Shown: piece by piece, positions 1 to 11,196 of the stretch
How positions within the stretch are numbered: the first letter of the stretch is position 1
Layout: each line of letters opens with the position of its first letter
Assembly: GCA_964016885.1 (NCBI GenBank)
Contig: OZ024742.1
Coordinates: 141,236,001 to 141,300,000, forward strand
Source: Eledone cirrhosa
Taxonomy: Eukaryota
DNA: 64,000 nucleotides
Direction of reading: 5' to 3'
Program-made: the position numbers and the translations under genes
Notes under the pieces: generated by a model
What the model was told of the DNA's origin: nothing
Seen by the model: only the letters and a program-made list of their open reading frames with translations
Databases searched by the model: none

Positions 1-1356
1 GGCTATCGCAGCCTTTTGTAGTCTATGAATTAGGGAGCTGCGCTTTTTGTCAACAAATACAAGTTCAGTTATACTTTGGTCCAAGCGGGTTGGTATATAA
101 CCTGTAAGCTCCAATAATGATGGGTATGAAGCTGAAGGTGTATCTTGGATACTGAATTTGCAAACTCCTTATCAATGGTCCATAGATGTCCTCCTTCTCT
201 TGTATTTTTTTTACAACGTTGACATCAAGTGGGCAGCTGATCTCCACAACAGAACACGTTTTCAATGTGTGGTCCCAAACAACAATATCATGACGGTTGT
301 GATTTAATTTGGTGGCAGTTTTTATTTTTAGGTTCCACCAATATTCTTTAGTGCTATCTATCTCAACATATTCCTGCTCATTTATTTTAAATTTCGTTTT
401 CTTAAATGCGCTCCAGATGGTTCTAGCTATCACATTTTGTCTCATAGGGAGGTAGTAGTGAAACGACATTCTTTCGCAGTTGTCAACAATATGGTTAACA
501 TTTTCGATCTTTGTTTTACAAAGCCTACATTTATTGTCGACTGATAGCCCTCCTCTTTTGTGTAGCAGATATTTGGTAGGGATTTCTTGTTCCTGTATTG
601 CATAGAGATATCCTTCAAGGTGGGATGTCATAAGCTTATTGGAGATCCATGCCAGGTGTTTCGAATGATTTCCCATTTATGGTCTGTGTTTTTCATCTCA
701 GGTACCCATGCACAACTTTCTCTGTAAATTCGTCCATTTTTTTATCTTGTTCGAACATTGAATAGGATCTTCCAATTTCCCTGGGAGAGAGCCATATCTC
801 TCCTACAGATCAGTGGCTATCCTAATTATATTATTTCCTTCATGCTCATAGACGTGGGTAAGATGGTTGCTGACCTTTTTTCTTCTGCTGAAGATGTTGC
901 TTCAGTGTTACTATTCGGGTCTCGTATAATGTTGATATGGATTTTAGACCCCGGCCCCCTTCCTTACGTGATAAGTATAGCCTATCCATATCACCTTTGA
1001 TGTTAGAGTTTCCAGCAACACTGAGAAGCTTGCGAGGTCTTGCAATGACCAGCTCAGCAGACCAAATGTTGGCGTTAGGATTGGCACAACATAAGTATTT
1101 CTTTACTCTCCTGAGGTATTCAGTTCTGGTTCTCTCCTTATTTATGGGTCCATCATATCTGACATTCTCATCCTGTCCAAGATATCTGTAGTTGTCAGCC
1201 GACTGCAGAGGTTGTATTGTCAAGCCGTTCATCTCTAGATTTCCAGAGGAGGGCACAACCCTTTCACGTTTTACTGTCAAATATGCAGATTTAGATTCAC
1301 CAAATTTCATTCTGATGTCTGCAGAAAATTGTGTAATGGGGTCCAATTGTCTTTTA
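1..1356 (-). mobile_element. R4/Dong-like non-LTR retrotransposon, 5'-truncated and frameshifted (RT C-terminus, CCHC finger, restriction-like endonuclease); continues past the window start
   Basis: ORF 846-1346 has late RT motifs (MKFGESKS, YRYLG, DRLYLSRKEGGRGL). ORF 65-676 has AIQEQEI, the zinc knuckle CRLC..ENVNHIVDNC and RLE motifs RHDIVVWD / VVEISCP / KEDIY. The 5' end abuts a (TATG)n tract. Confidence 0.9.
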
Positions 1357-1424
1357 ATGTATGTATGTATGTATGTATGTATGTATGTATGTATGTATGT
1401 ATGTATGTATGTATGTATGTATGT
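1357..1424. repeat. (TATG)n microsatellite
   Basis: Directly visible perfect tract; serves as the 3' tail or target of the adjacent Dong-like fragment. Confidence 0.98.
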
Positions 1425-1844
1425 TCTTCTGGTTTTATAATTTCACAAATTTTTGCCAATAGAGAGAGAGTCGGTTTCTAACATAGACACAAGCCTCTCT
1501 CATAGGAATTTACACAACATCAACTAGGTAGATATGTATGCATGTCTGCATGCATGCATGTGTAGATATGGATGTTATTGTATGTGTGGATGTGTATGTT
1601 TTGAGTTGTATGTGTGCATGTGAATATGCTTAGTATCTGTACATGTGTATATGCAGTTATTAGATGCAAAACTTTTGGAATATTTTACATATTTTTACTG
1701 TTCCATTAATGGATTGTACTTGTAATTTCCTAACTAGTTGTGTTCTTTCTGTTCCCGTGAAGCCCAGCTTCTCAAGATTTGTATTGAGGCAGTTACTAAC
1801 ATATCACAGTGTCCCAATAATCACAGGCATAAATCTGGAGGTAA
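1425..1844 (-). mobile_element. R4/Dong-like LINE 3' fragment (ORF C-terminus plus 3' UTR)
   Basis: Minus-strand translation reads [26 protein letters not shown]...[16 protein letters not shown], matching the IPIIIGA region of element 1-1356. The sequence is homologous to 2372-2735 and flanked by (TATG)n on both sides. Confidence 0.85.
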
Positions 1845-1950
1845 ATGTATGTATGTATGTATGTATGTATGTATGTATGTATGTATGTATGTATGTATGT
1901 ATGTATGTATGTATGTATGTATGTATGTATGTATGTATGTATGTATGTAT
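1845..1950. repeat. (TATG)n microsatellite
   Basis: Directly visible perfect tract. Confidence 0.98.
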
Positions 1951-2345
1951 CAAAGGGTGGAGGAATTAAGGAGAGTCACCGGCCATCCAATAAAGTTGTT
2001 TTTTTTGTAGAGCGAGAGACTCCTAGTGTTCCTTAAGACATCTCTCTAGGAGAAGGTCATTCTCATATAAAACCTGCGACTTTGTTTGCATCCAATGATG
2101 TAGACCAGTTCTACTTTTTGGGCAAATGCGCTATATGTTCAGAGAGTGGTATTGACTGTGTGCAAAACCGTACCCCACTTAAAAAAAAGCTTCAAAAACA
2201 GGCATTGCTTTATATGTGACATTTTTGCGATGCATGATATTGCTGGCTATAGGCAAGTCCCTAGTAGGACTAAAGAGCCACGTCCGTGATGCTCATGCTT
2301 AAGTATCAAGCGATGGCATTACACGAAATGGAGTTGAAGCCATCA
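1951..2345 (+). mobile_element. Non-autonomous RTE-derived element, copy A (5'-truncated)
   Basis: Aligns by eye with 14730-15185 and 15370-15840 (AGAGTCA.CGGCCATCCAA, CTAGGAGAAGG, AGAGAGTGG, CAGGCATTGC). It ends in TGGC...GCCATCATGTATG. Confidence 0.75.
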
Positions 2346-2371
2346 TGTATGTATTTATGCATGTTTGTATG

Positions 2372-3670
2372 TTCTGGTTATATTTTTTTATTAATTTCTC
2401 ACTGATACAGAGAGAACCGATTTATAACACAGAGGCAAGCCTCTTTCACTGAAATTCAGACATCAATTAGGTAATTATGTATATATGTTTGTATGTGTTT
2501 GTGTGTGTGTGCAGGTATGGATGTCATTGAATGTATGGATCTGTGTTTGGAGTTATACGGGCGCATATACATGTTTCTATTTCTACACGAGTATATGCGA
2601 CCATTACATGCTAATTTTATGGAATGTTTTACATATATTTACAGTTCCATTAATGGACTGTACTTTCAATTTCCTAATTAGCTGTGCTCTTTCTGGTTCT
2701 GTGATGCGCAGTTTCTAGAGATTTGTGCTGAGGCCTATGTAACATAAACAGCTACAAATCGAAATGTAAAGTTAGGTTCCTCATTAGTTGGGCATAAATA
2801 TTCTACTTTTTCATAATCTTTTTTAACACTATATTAACATCTGCTGGACAGCTGATTTCCACTACCGTGCATGCCTTCTTTTTTCTGTCCCATATCTTTA
2901 TATCTGGTTTGTTAAGTTTATGTTTTATTGGGGTTTAACTGGAACATTCCACCAGTACTATTTTACATTATGTGTGTGTATGCCGTCCACATTGTTCTTA
3001 CATTTTATATTTTTATTCCCATGACTATCCTTTCTACGGATAATATTGCATGGTGTTTTTGCCACTACACCTTGCTTCATAGGCAATTAGTATGGTAATG
3101 ACATCGTCGAGCAGGCATTTATGATGTAGGTGGCATTCTCGATGTTTATTCTAGAGAGTCGGCATATCCAGGTGTTTTACTTACATTCTTATCACTTTGT
3201 GCATCAAGTATTTCCTTATTTCATGTTCCTGTATTGCAAAAGCATATCCTTCAAAGTGAATGCTAATGTACCGGCCGTTGGTCCATGTTAGACTACTTAG
3301 CTTATCTATATTATTTTCACTTTGAAGCTTACTGGCTACATAGCCATGTATGACTTTTTGTTGATAAACACACAGCTTTTCATCTGCTGATTTTTTGTAG
3401 TGGTAGTGGTGTGCAGTTTCGCTGGGTGTGTGTTTTTGGTCATCATACAAAGAGTATTTTCCCAGAAGCTCATCTCCAAAATCATATTTTTCTTATTCGG
3501 CTGTTATATTCCCTGGTTACTCGTTCCTTGTTACAGATTCCATCACAGGATATATTTTTTTAACAATCCCAAAGTATCTGTAGCATTACTCGCCTGGAAC
3601 TGGCGAAATAATCAGGCCATTGAGATGTTGCTAGATAGCTTGCAGTTTTCCTTCATGTCATATAGGGACA
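2372..3670 (-). mobile_element. R4/Dong-like LINE, degenerate 3' portion
   Basis: ORF 3181-3450 reads HFEGYAFAIQEHEI, matching HLEGYLYAIQEQEI in element 1. The 3' UTR is homologous to 1425-1660, and a degenerate TATG tail lies at 2345-2371. Confidence 0.85.
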
Positions 3671-3803
3671 TTTATTCTGGCCAAATTCCATTCCTATACC
3701 TTTCGCGAACGCCGTTATCAGGTTAAGGGTTTTCTTCATACAATTTATATTCTTGGCATACACTGTGTGCCTGTCCTCCTGTATATATGCGCGTATGCAT
3801 GCT

Positions 3804-5480
3804 CAGTAAAATCCTCGTTAAACCGTATCTCGTTCAGCCGGATATCGAATAAATTGGACGAAATCTGAGTTAAGAGAGTAACTGTCATTGTTAACTTCAC
3901 TCGCCATCTTTGAATACCAGTATCGTAGGGTCGTATATTACAAACACGCAAGTTGAGCGCTGTTCATCCATCAAAGATGGCAATACTTCATAAATATGAA
4001 GTTCACTCATTAATATAATTTTACTGTCCCCCGTTATTAAATGTTGCTGCAGTTCTGAGATAGCGTTCTACACTCCCAGCCTGTGATATTCACCACAACA
4101 TACCTTGTTTCTGAACCGCTTTAATATTCTTCTCTAAAAAATATAGCTTTTTTTCTAGCATTAAGCTTTCATTGGTTACTAACTAACCCCTTAATTCGCT
4201 TACTACTCAAATTCATTCACCTCTCATCTCCCTGCATTTTTTTTTTATCAGCCTGTTACTTATAAAAGATTTATTTTCTTATTCGCTTCCACCCTCTTTT
4301 TTAGCAAGTAATTTCGTTATGAGAATATGTATGTATATGTATAAATTCGTTGAACATATATTAACTCAAACTGATTTTCTTTATAATAATTCTATTCTTC
4401 CAGTGTAATGATATAACTGGACCCTAATTTTCTACCGACTCTAACCAAGCAGAAATAAAGATTAAGTCAACTCGAAGTAGCCTAAAATGTGCACGTATAT
4501 TTTAAAATAATACTTATGCTAGACTAGTAGATTCCGCACAGCAGCATAGTGTATATTTTTTTCGGACACATGCACAGATAAGGACAAATTCACGGCATAA
4601 AAATATATAACTTTGATGCAAATTTTAAATCATCGTGATTAAATCGGTGAGAAAGAACAGACACATGAGTTGCAAATGATACAAAACTTGGGAAGGTAGT
4701 AACAAAGTGATTTCTTTACGAGCAATTATGTTGTAACAACGATCATGATATAAAAAATTCAAAGTGCTGCTGCCAAACTTGTTAGATTGACATTAAGAAT
4801 TTTTAATTTAGTGGTGGGAGGGTTATGGCAACTTAGAGATTACTATGGGATGAGTGAAGCAGACCGCAGAGAAATTGAAGAAATTGAACATGTCAGTAAT
4901 GATGATAAAGTAAGGCGCGCGTTCTTTCCATCCAATGTTTCGTCCATGATTCAGACAATGGACCAAGGTATAATTGTAGTCTGCAAAAGATTATAGATAC
5001 GAAGATTATAGATAGAAGGGGTCATCGTAGCGAAGACACACGACGACAAAGACGCCTGACACAAGTCTGCATTATTCAATTGGCAGTATCGGTAGAGGGT
5101 CGGACGCCATGCTTTGACGCATAGAGTTACAGCCCTTTATGATCTGAGTTCAAATCCCGTCGAGGTTAACTTTGCCTTTCATCCTTACGGGGTCGATAAA
5201 ATAAAGTACCAGTAATGCGCTGGGTAATTGGTGGCCTTGTGCCAAAAAGTAGAAACAATTATTCAAGTTGGCAGCTTCATGGAAGGTAATGAACTACCAC
5301 TCCAAGCAATGCTTAGAAAAAAGAAAAATATGATTTTGAAGGATTCGATGCAACGGATTTTTATCATATGGCTCAGTAGGCAAGCGAAACGTTAGAACTT
5401 GGTTAGAAGACACAGAGGACGGCCTTGGATACCGAACGTTAACTGAAAAAAATAACAAGAGAAACATGGAGGATGTTAAA
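3804..5480 (+). mobile_element. pogo/Tigger-like DNA transposon fossil, interrupted by a SINE
   Basis: FFPSNVSSMIQTMDQGII (ORF 4787-4996) matches the DDE_1 motif FLPPNTTS.IQP.DQGII. There is a TIR-like start CAGTAAAATCCTCGTTAAACCG at 3804. The boundaries are approximate. Confidence 0.6.
5080..5262 (+). mobile_element. tRNA-derived SINE with Nin/Deu-type core
   Basis: A-box-like TGGCAGTATCGG, B box GTTCAAATCC, and core CTTTGCCTTTCATCCTTACGGGGTCGATAAAATAAAGTACCAG. Homologous along its length to the antisense copy at 16893-17090. TSD-like ATTATTCAA(G)TTGGCAG flanks it. Confidence 0.9.
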
Positions 5481-5599
5481 GATGATGCACTCTTGCCCAT
5501 AAAGTTATTTATAAAGTCATTTCATAGCTCGACTTGTCAACTGAAACTGATGTTTTATCAACATCTGAGAGAAATTAATTATCCGAAACAGTATCAGTA

Positions 5600-7100
5600 A
5601 GGTAATTGAAACTCATTATTCAAGACAATTTCTTTCAGATAGTGTTGTAACTGTTAAGTTTGCTGATCACATATTATGAATTAACTTTTCCAAAAATGTT
5701 CCATATGATGAAGTGTAGGATGTTGACATTTTTGAGGGTCCATATGCGGGTTTTTTTAAAATCTGGCGTAGGATCTTTTGTTTATGTTATGGAAATAGTG
5801 TGTATATATTGACTTAGATGTAATGTAAACTTGGAGTTCATCCCAATATAATGATTTCAAAGGAGTTTGTTGTTATTTTTGCGGATAAGTTGATATTTCT
5901 ACACAGGTATTTCTGAGAGGGTACTCCTATGGTTTGTGACGGTTGCATTATCTGGTGTTTGGTTTGGTGAGGAGAGCTTTTAGTTTATTTTCAGTTGTTG
6001 CTTGAGAGAGTTTGGGTAATTTTGAAGGATGTAGTAGAAGCTGATTATTCTGAGCATTTTATCATTTTCTTTCCCGGTTCTTTTTGATATTTAAAAAAAT
6101 ATCAAATGAATTTCATACTATTTTGTTTCCCTGTAGATTTTTAACTGTCCAATTGCTTTTAAAACAGCGATTTCAAGAGATAATTTGTCCTAATATATCC
6201 TTTCTTATCAAACCATTTGGTTTTTCAATTAGAGATAATTTTAAAGATCCATTCTATCTGTCTTCATTAGTGGTGACACTATTGCAAACTCAAGCTTAAA
6301 ATCTTGATAGGAACATTTACTCCTACTTCGCATTCCAATTTTAGTTCACCTAAGTATTTCGTTATCGATAATCTTGAAACTTTTACTTCCTTCTCAACCA
6401 TAACTCTATTTAATCTATTACCAATTACATCATATAGCCGTTTCGCAAGACGAAATTGCATGTTGAATCAGCAAATAACGTTGATATTTTCAGTTTCAAG
6501 CTTAAAACATGGAAATTTACTCCCCATCGCTTAGTCAACATTGCTAAATTACATCACACACAGATCCTAATGAAAATTCTGAAATTCTGTTTAACAATGT
6601 CTTCTCTTATAACCAGTTCTGGATTAGTTTATATCATTTGCTTCTGATGTGTCATAATTTCATATTCCACTTCTACACACCAGTTAACATAATAGGGATT
6701 CTGTAATGGAGTATTTACCTGTGCTACAAGCATCAATGCTACACTGAATATGTTATGATGTTCTTGATTCCATGACGTAAACACCCACTAAAAATGCCAA
6801 CACCTATTTGTTTCAAAATACTTTCTACTATTTCAACCATCTATTTCCTATAAAAACATTTAAGTATGTAGTAGTATTCATTAGTCTTAACAACTGCTGT
6901 TTTTCTTTTATAAATCTTCTTGATATATATATATATATATATGAGAGACGTAAAATAAGAAAATTATAAAATTAACTTACTTACTAAAATTTCACTCCCA
7001 ACTAATTAGTTTCTGAAAGGGAATAAATATACTTTCCGAAGAAATATATAGAGAAGCCTTTCGTCGTCAGGGAAGTCTATTCTCAGCTAAGTTTCCAGGC
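5600..7100 (-). mobile_element. Probable highly degenerate Penelope-like element 5' region
   Basis: A hammerhead at 6994-7076 lies upstream on the same strand. The minus strand is A-rich with broken coding remnants, including NINLS...IGMNSKF, reminiscent of the PLE pre-RT INLS..LG..F motif. Protein evidence is weak. Confidence 0.4.
6994..7076 (-). ncRNA. Type I hammerhead ribozyme motif with extended stem II
   Basis: Minus strand reads ACTTCC-CTGACGA-C-GAAAGG...TATATTTC(TTCG)GAAAGTATA...CCTTTC-A-GAA-ACTAATTAGT-T-GGGAGT. This gives a 6-bp stem I, a palindromic stem III, a GUU cleavage triplet and a cUUCGg-capped stem II. Confidence 0.8.
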
Positions 7101-7780
7101 AATACGTGGACTCTGGGAACTTATACAAAAATAATTCAGTGGATAGAAAATAGCAAAGCGTGGACTGAATTCCTAGCCATTGAGAAAATCACTGCCTACT
7201 GCGTCGGTGGCAAATTCAAAAAGAATCAATCACGTGACATCGAGGTGAATCAGTGACAAGTGGTTTGTTAAGAAGACAGCAGCCTGCCTGCTACCATAAC
7301 AGCAGTCTTGGCCAATATTGCTCGACAAATAATTTGGAGATAATTATAAAGAATTAATATATCTAGTAACATATATATACACACAGATGCATACCAATGC
7401 TAGCAAATATATAGGTTTTGTCTTAGTAACTTTGTGGTTCAATGCTAAATCAACTCCAGGTCATATGCTTTAGTGTTAAAAAGATAATACTGGATAATGT
7501 GGTTCTGGACACACACTACTCGAAAAAAAAAAAGCAACAACAAAAAACAAAACAGAAACAAAGACCGGTTGGTGCCCGCTGCGAAAGTCTTTTCTGGGTG
7601 AGAGTGGCCACTCTGCTTCTTACCTCGTCCCAGTTTTTCTCCATCTGGAGGTCTGGACTAAACCCGACCCCGAGCAATTTAAACAATCCGTCTGTCCAGT
7701 GCCTATATATATAGAAATAAATAAATAAATAAAATAAGAATGGCGTATATTTTACAATACAACAGGAGGAAACGTAATAG

Positions 7781-7944
<164 letters not shown>

Positions 7945-8133
7945 CTGTATTTTTAACCGTTGGTCAATCAATGATAAAAATTGGTTGCCAAATAAATTAA
8001 CTATGGAGATATAAAAGATACAGAAGCGAAAACCAACCCAAACCAAACAGTGAGTGTGTTTTGTTATTATTTCTGGCAATATAATAACAATATGACCCTC
8101 CCCATGTATAACAATATATATATATATATATAT

Positions 8134-8434
8134 ATATAAAGAAAAAGAGATGAAATCGAAAATGCAACTGGAGTCTTATTTTTAAAAAAAATATATATAT
8201 TTATTTGGTTCCTTTACCGGTTTCGCAGTTCTTCTGCTTTTCAAAAGGTGAGTTGAGATGGAAGGTCTGTGGTTGTTCTCACAGATGTGAGAAAAACCAC
8301 AGACCCTCCATCTCAACTCACCTTTTGAAAAGCAGAAGAACTGCGAAACCGGTAAAGGAACCAAATAAATATATATATTTAAAAAAAAAATAAGACTCCA
8401 GTTGCATTTTCGATTTCATCTCTTTTTCTTTATA
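8134..8434. repeat. Near-perfect ~300-bp palindrome (fold-back), probably an inverted PLE pseudo-LTR pair
   Basis: Arms of ~150 bp are reverse complements centred on CTCACA-GA-TGTGAG (~8284). The ORF track shows nearly the same peptide on both strands (8182-8364 minus, 8205-8393 plus). Confidence 0.95.
8321..8358 (+). ncRNA. Minimal hammerhead-like motif with a variant core (mirror copy on the minus strand at 8211-8248)
   Basis: CCTT-TTGAAAA-GCAG-AAGAA-CTGC-GAA-ACCGGT-A-AAGG. Stems I and II are perfect and stem III is palindromic, but the core is TTGAAAA instead of CTGANGA. Confidence 0.6.
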
Positions 8435-8560
8435 CTTTCACTCGTGTAGGACACCTCGGTTATTTTTCATTTTGTAAAAAAAACCTCACTTTCTAATATA
8501 TATATATATGTTTTGATATGTTTTGATCAATATATATATATATATCAATATATATATATA

Positions 8561-9378
8561 TTGATTTGTCCAGGTGTATTTTTCTCAACCTGTTAGTTCT
8601 TTCGTTACTTTGGTATATTGTGTGTTAGATTTTGCCTACCACAATGTTCAATTTGTCAAACTATTTAAACGTATGTTATTACTGTGAGGACCTACCTTGT
8701 CGAATGCTTTGCTAACTCATTCACATAGTAGGCCGAATTTGCTTGCACACCGCCAGAGATTCGATTTCACTAAGTATCCAATTATATTATTTTCTCCTAG
8801 ATTTAATAATTAACTAATTAATTTAATTAGACAATTCTGTTGATTGGTTAATTATTTGTGTTTGTTTAATAACATCTGGTCGAGAGCTTATTCTGATGGT
8901 TAGCGGAAATTTAATATTTCCTTTGTCTAACATTTTGAATGACCCGCAAAAAACCGGAGGTTATTTCCCTTGCTGGAAATAACACGTGACAACTATATAT
9001 ACGATATGCTGCACCTAGCGGTAACATTTAGCTTCTCGCCCCGTTCTTTGGTAGAACGAACACCTGTTGATGAACTGAATTCTCTGTTCGATCATGAATA
9101 CCACGAGCTTGCCAGTTACGTAAGTCTGATATTTGATTTCGGATTCAAAGAAACACTGTAAACGTAGAACGTTTGATTTGTCCAGGTGTATTTTTCTCAA
9201 CCCGCTGGTTCTTTCGTTACTTTGGTATATTATGTGTTAAATTTTGCCTACCACAATGTTCAATTTGTCAAGCTATTTAAACGTATGTTATTACTCTGAG
9301 GAATGATTTGCTAACTCATTCACATAGTAGGCCGAATTTGCTTGCACACCGCCAGAGATTCGATTTTACTAAGTATCC

Positions 9379-9385
<7 letters not shown>
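8561..9385 (+). repeat. ~220-bp direct repeat (8561-8786 and 9173-9385) between (TA)n tracts; PLE-style partial tandem
   Basis: TTGATTTGTCCAGGTGTATTTTTCTCAACC...CTAAGTATCCAATTATAT occurs twice. The first copy has a decayed hammerhead-like CTG-TGAG-GAC..GTC-GAA (~8682-8704) that is deleted in the second. Confidence 0.85.
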
Positions 9386-9419
<34 letters not shown>

Positions 9420-9430
<11 letters not shown>

Positions 9431-10480
9431 CGTTTCTGAATTTGTTTAGCAACATTCTTTATCTGAAAACGTGTGTTGAAACCGATATTGTTATGCTTTA
9501 GGAGGGTCATGTTGCCAATAAGAAATACACGCACCAGTTGCTTTCACTCCAATTTATTATAAATTTAAGAATTTATAAATTTCCGGTTGGTTGGTTGGTT
9601 CATATATTGCAAAGTTCTTTCGTCACACATTCTGTGACCTATTCAGTGACTGGGGATTCTTTTCTTTGTTTTTGTGCCTCTCCTTTGTTCAGTCCTACGC
9701 CATCTTGTTTTTGTGTGTGTTGTGTGCTTAGTTTGCGCATGTGTTACATCCGGGTGTCTTTGTGTGTTTATATTTGTTTATTTATTTGTTTATTTACATG
9801 TTATTGGTTGGTTGTTTGTTCTATGTGTCTGTGTGTTTTCATTTTGTCCTTAATTGTAAGTTGTGATGTTGCTATTCCATTCATGTTTTCTATTTAATTT
9901 TGGTTGGAGTTCATTTATGTTTATTGCCTCTGTGATTTGTCTAAACATTGCGTCTTTTCTCTGTAGATTCTATTTTTATTTCTATGTTCTCTAATTTACC
10001 CTTATGTTCTACTTTAGCATGTTGGTGGAGTACTGATGATTCTTTTCTATCTTGAAGCTCTCGCCAGTGTTCATTTATCCGTTCTCCTATACTACGAGCT
10101 GTCTCACCTATGTACACTTTATTCTTATCTATACATTGTCCTTCAGTAATCTTATGCTATATACTACATTTCTAGTTTTACAGTTAATATGGGGGCTTAG
10201 TTTACAGATTATACATTTCTTATCTATACAGGGAGGTCTTTGAAAAGGGTATGTGTTGCTAATAAGTGTTTTTATGAAGGTACCTGGTCTTTCTACTATC
10301 TTAATATTGAGTTTATGTTTATCTAGGGCCCTTCTAAATTTGTAAGCTAATTCACCTCTAAGGGTTGTATTGATGAACATTACACTCTGGTATTTATTGC
10401 TATCATACCATGAGTTTATTCTATTAACCTTATTCCTAGTTCTTCCTATTCTATTCCAAAATTTGCTCCTATACAAGGGG
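9420..10480 (-). mobile_element. Penelope-like element 3' fragment: Cys-rich linker, GIY-YIG endonuclease and 3' UTR / pseudo-LTR
   Basis: ORF 10129-10476 reads ...PCIDKKCIICKLSPHINCKTRNVVYSI. After a frameshift it reads KVYIGETARSIGERINEH...LHQH...RQITEAININELQPKLNRKHEW. The 3' UTR carries a hammerhead homolog and ATGACCCTCC, then ends at (TA)n. Confidence 0.9.
9608..9650 (-). ncRNA. Degenerate hammerhead motif, homolog of 7781-7824 and 10918-10961
   Basis: Minus strand reads CTGAATAG-GTCACA-GAATG-TGTGAC-GAA-AGAACT-T. Stem II is perfect but the core is altered. Confidence 0.6.
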
Positions 10481-10489
10481 CAGGTCCCA

Positions 10490-11153
10490 TTTGTATCATG
10501 ACGGTAACATAGACAACATAGAAATTAGAATAATATCTAAACATAGAAATGACCCAGCAGATAGGCAAATCAGAGAGGCCAGTGAAATAGAAATTAGAAG
10601 ACCAAGACTAAACAGAAAGAATGAATGGAATAACAACAACACCCAAACAAACAACACTGACCTAAGAGAAGTATAAATAAGTAAATAAAATAAAATAAAT
10701 AAATAAATAAATAAATACATACACAAGCACAATAACAACAAGCACATAAACACACACTAGTCACCATCATACAGCAAACAAAACACTATACACACACGCA
10801 AACGCATGCGCAAAGAAGACAAAATAAAATAAACAAACAAGCAAATAAATAAATAAATATATAGACAGACTGAATAAAAATGGCGTAGACATACAATACA
10901 ACAGGAGGAAAATATAGCACCACTGACGATGTTGCAGATGTGCAACGAAAGATTTATGATAAACTATATATATGTGTTTGTGTCTATATTGTATCTGTAT
11001 TATTTTTGACCGTCGGTCAGTCAATGGCAACATTGAGGACCGAGTAAGTTAGATTACCGATATAAAAGACACAGAAGCGAGAAGCGAAAACCAACCAAAC
11101 AGTGAGTGTGTTCTGTTATTAATTCTGGCAATATTACACAAATATGACCCTCC

Positions 11154-11157
<4 letters not shown>
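10490..11157 (+). mobile_element. Penelope-like element 3' fragment (GIY-YIG C-terminus plus pseudo-LTR), inverted relative to 9420-10480
   Basis: ORF 10491-10676 reads HDGNIDNIEIRII...DRQIREASEIEIRRPRLNRKNEW, homologous to the minus-strand EN C-terminus. The 3' part is homologous to 7720-8117 and ends at (TA)n. Confidence 0.85.
10918..10961 (+). ncRNA. Minimal hammerhead ribozyme motif (PLE type)
   Basis: CACCA-CTGACGA-T-GTTGCA-GATG-TGCAAC-GAA-AGATTT-A-TGATA, with a perfect 6-bp stem II. Confidence 0.75.

Positions 11158-11196
<39 letters not shown>

Noticed and set aside
9060-9165. Hammerhead with a long stem II (TTGATGA...GAAACACTGTA)
   Set aside because: The first core base is altered and stems I and II pair poorly, so it is too weak to call.
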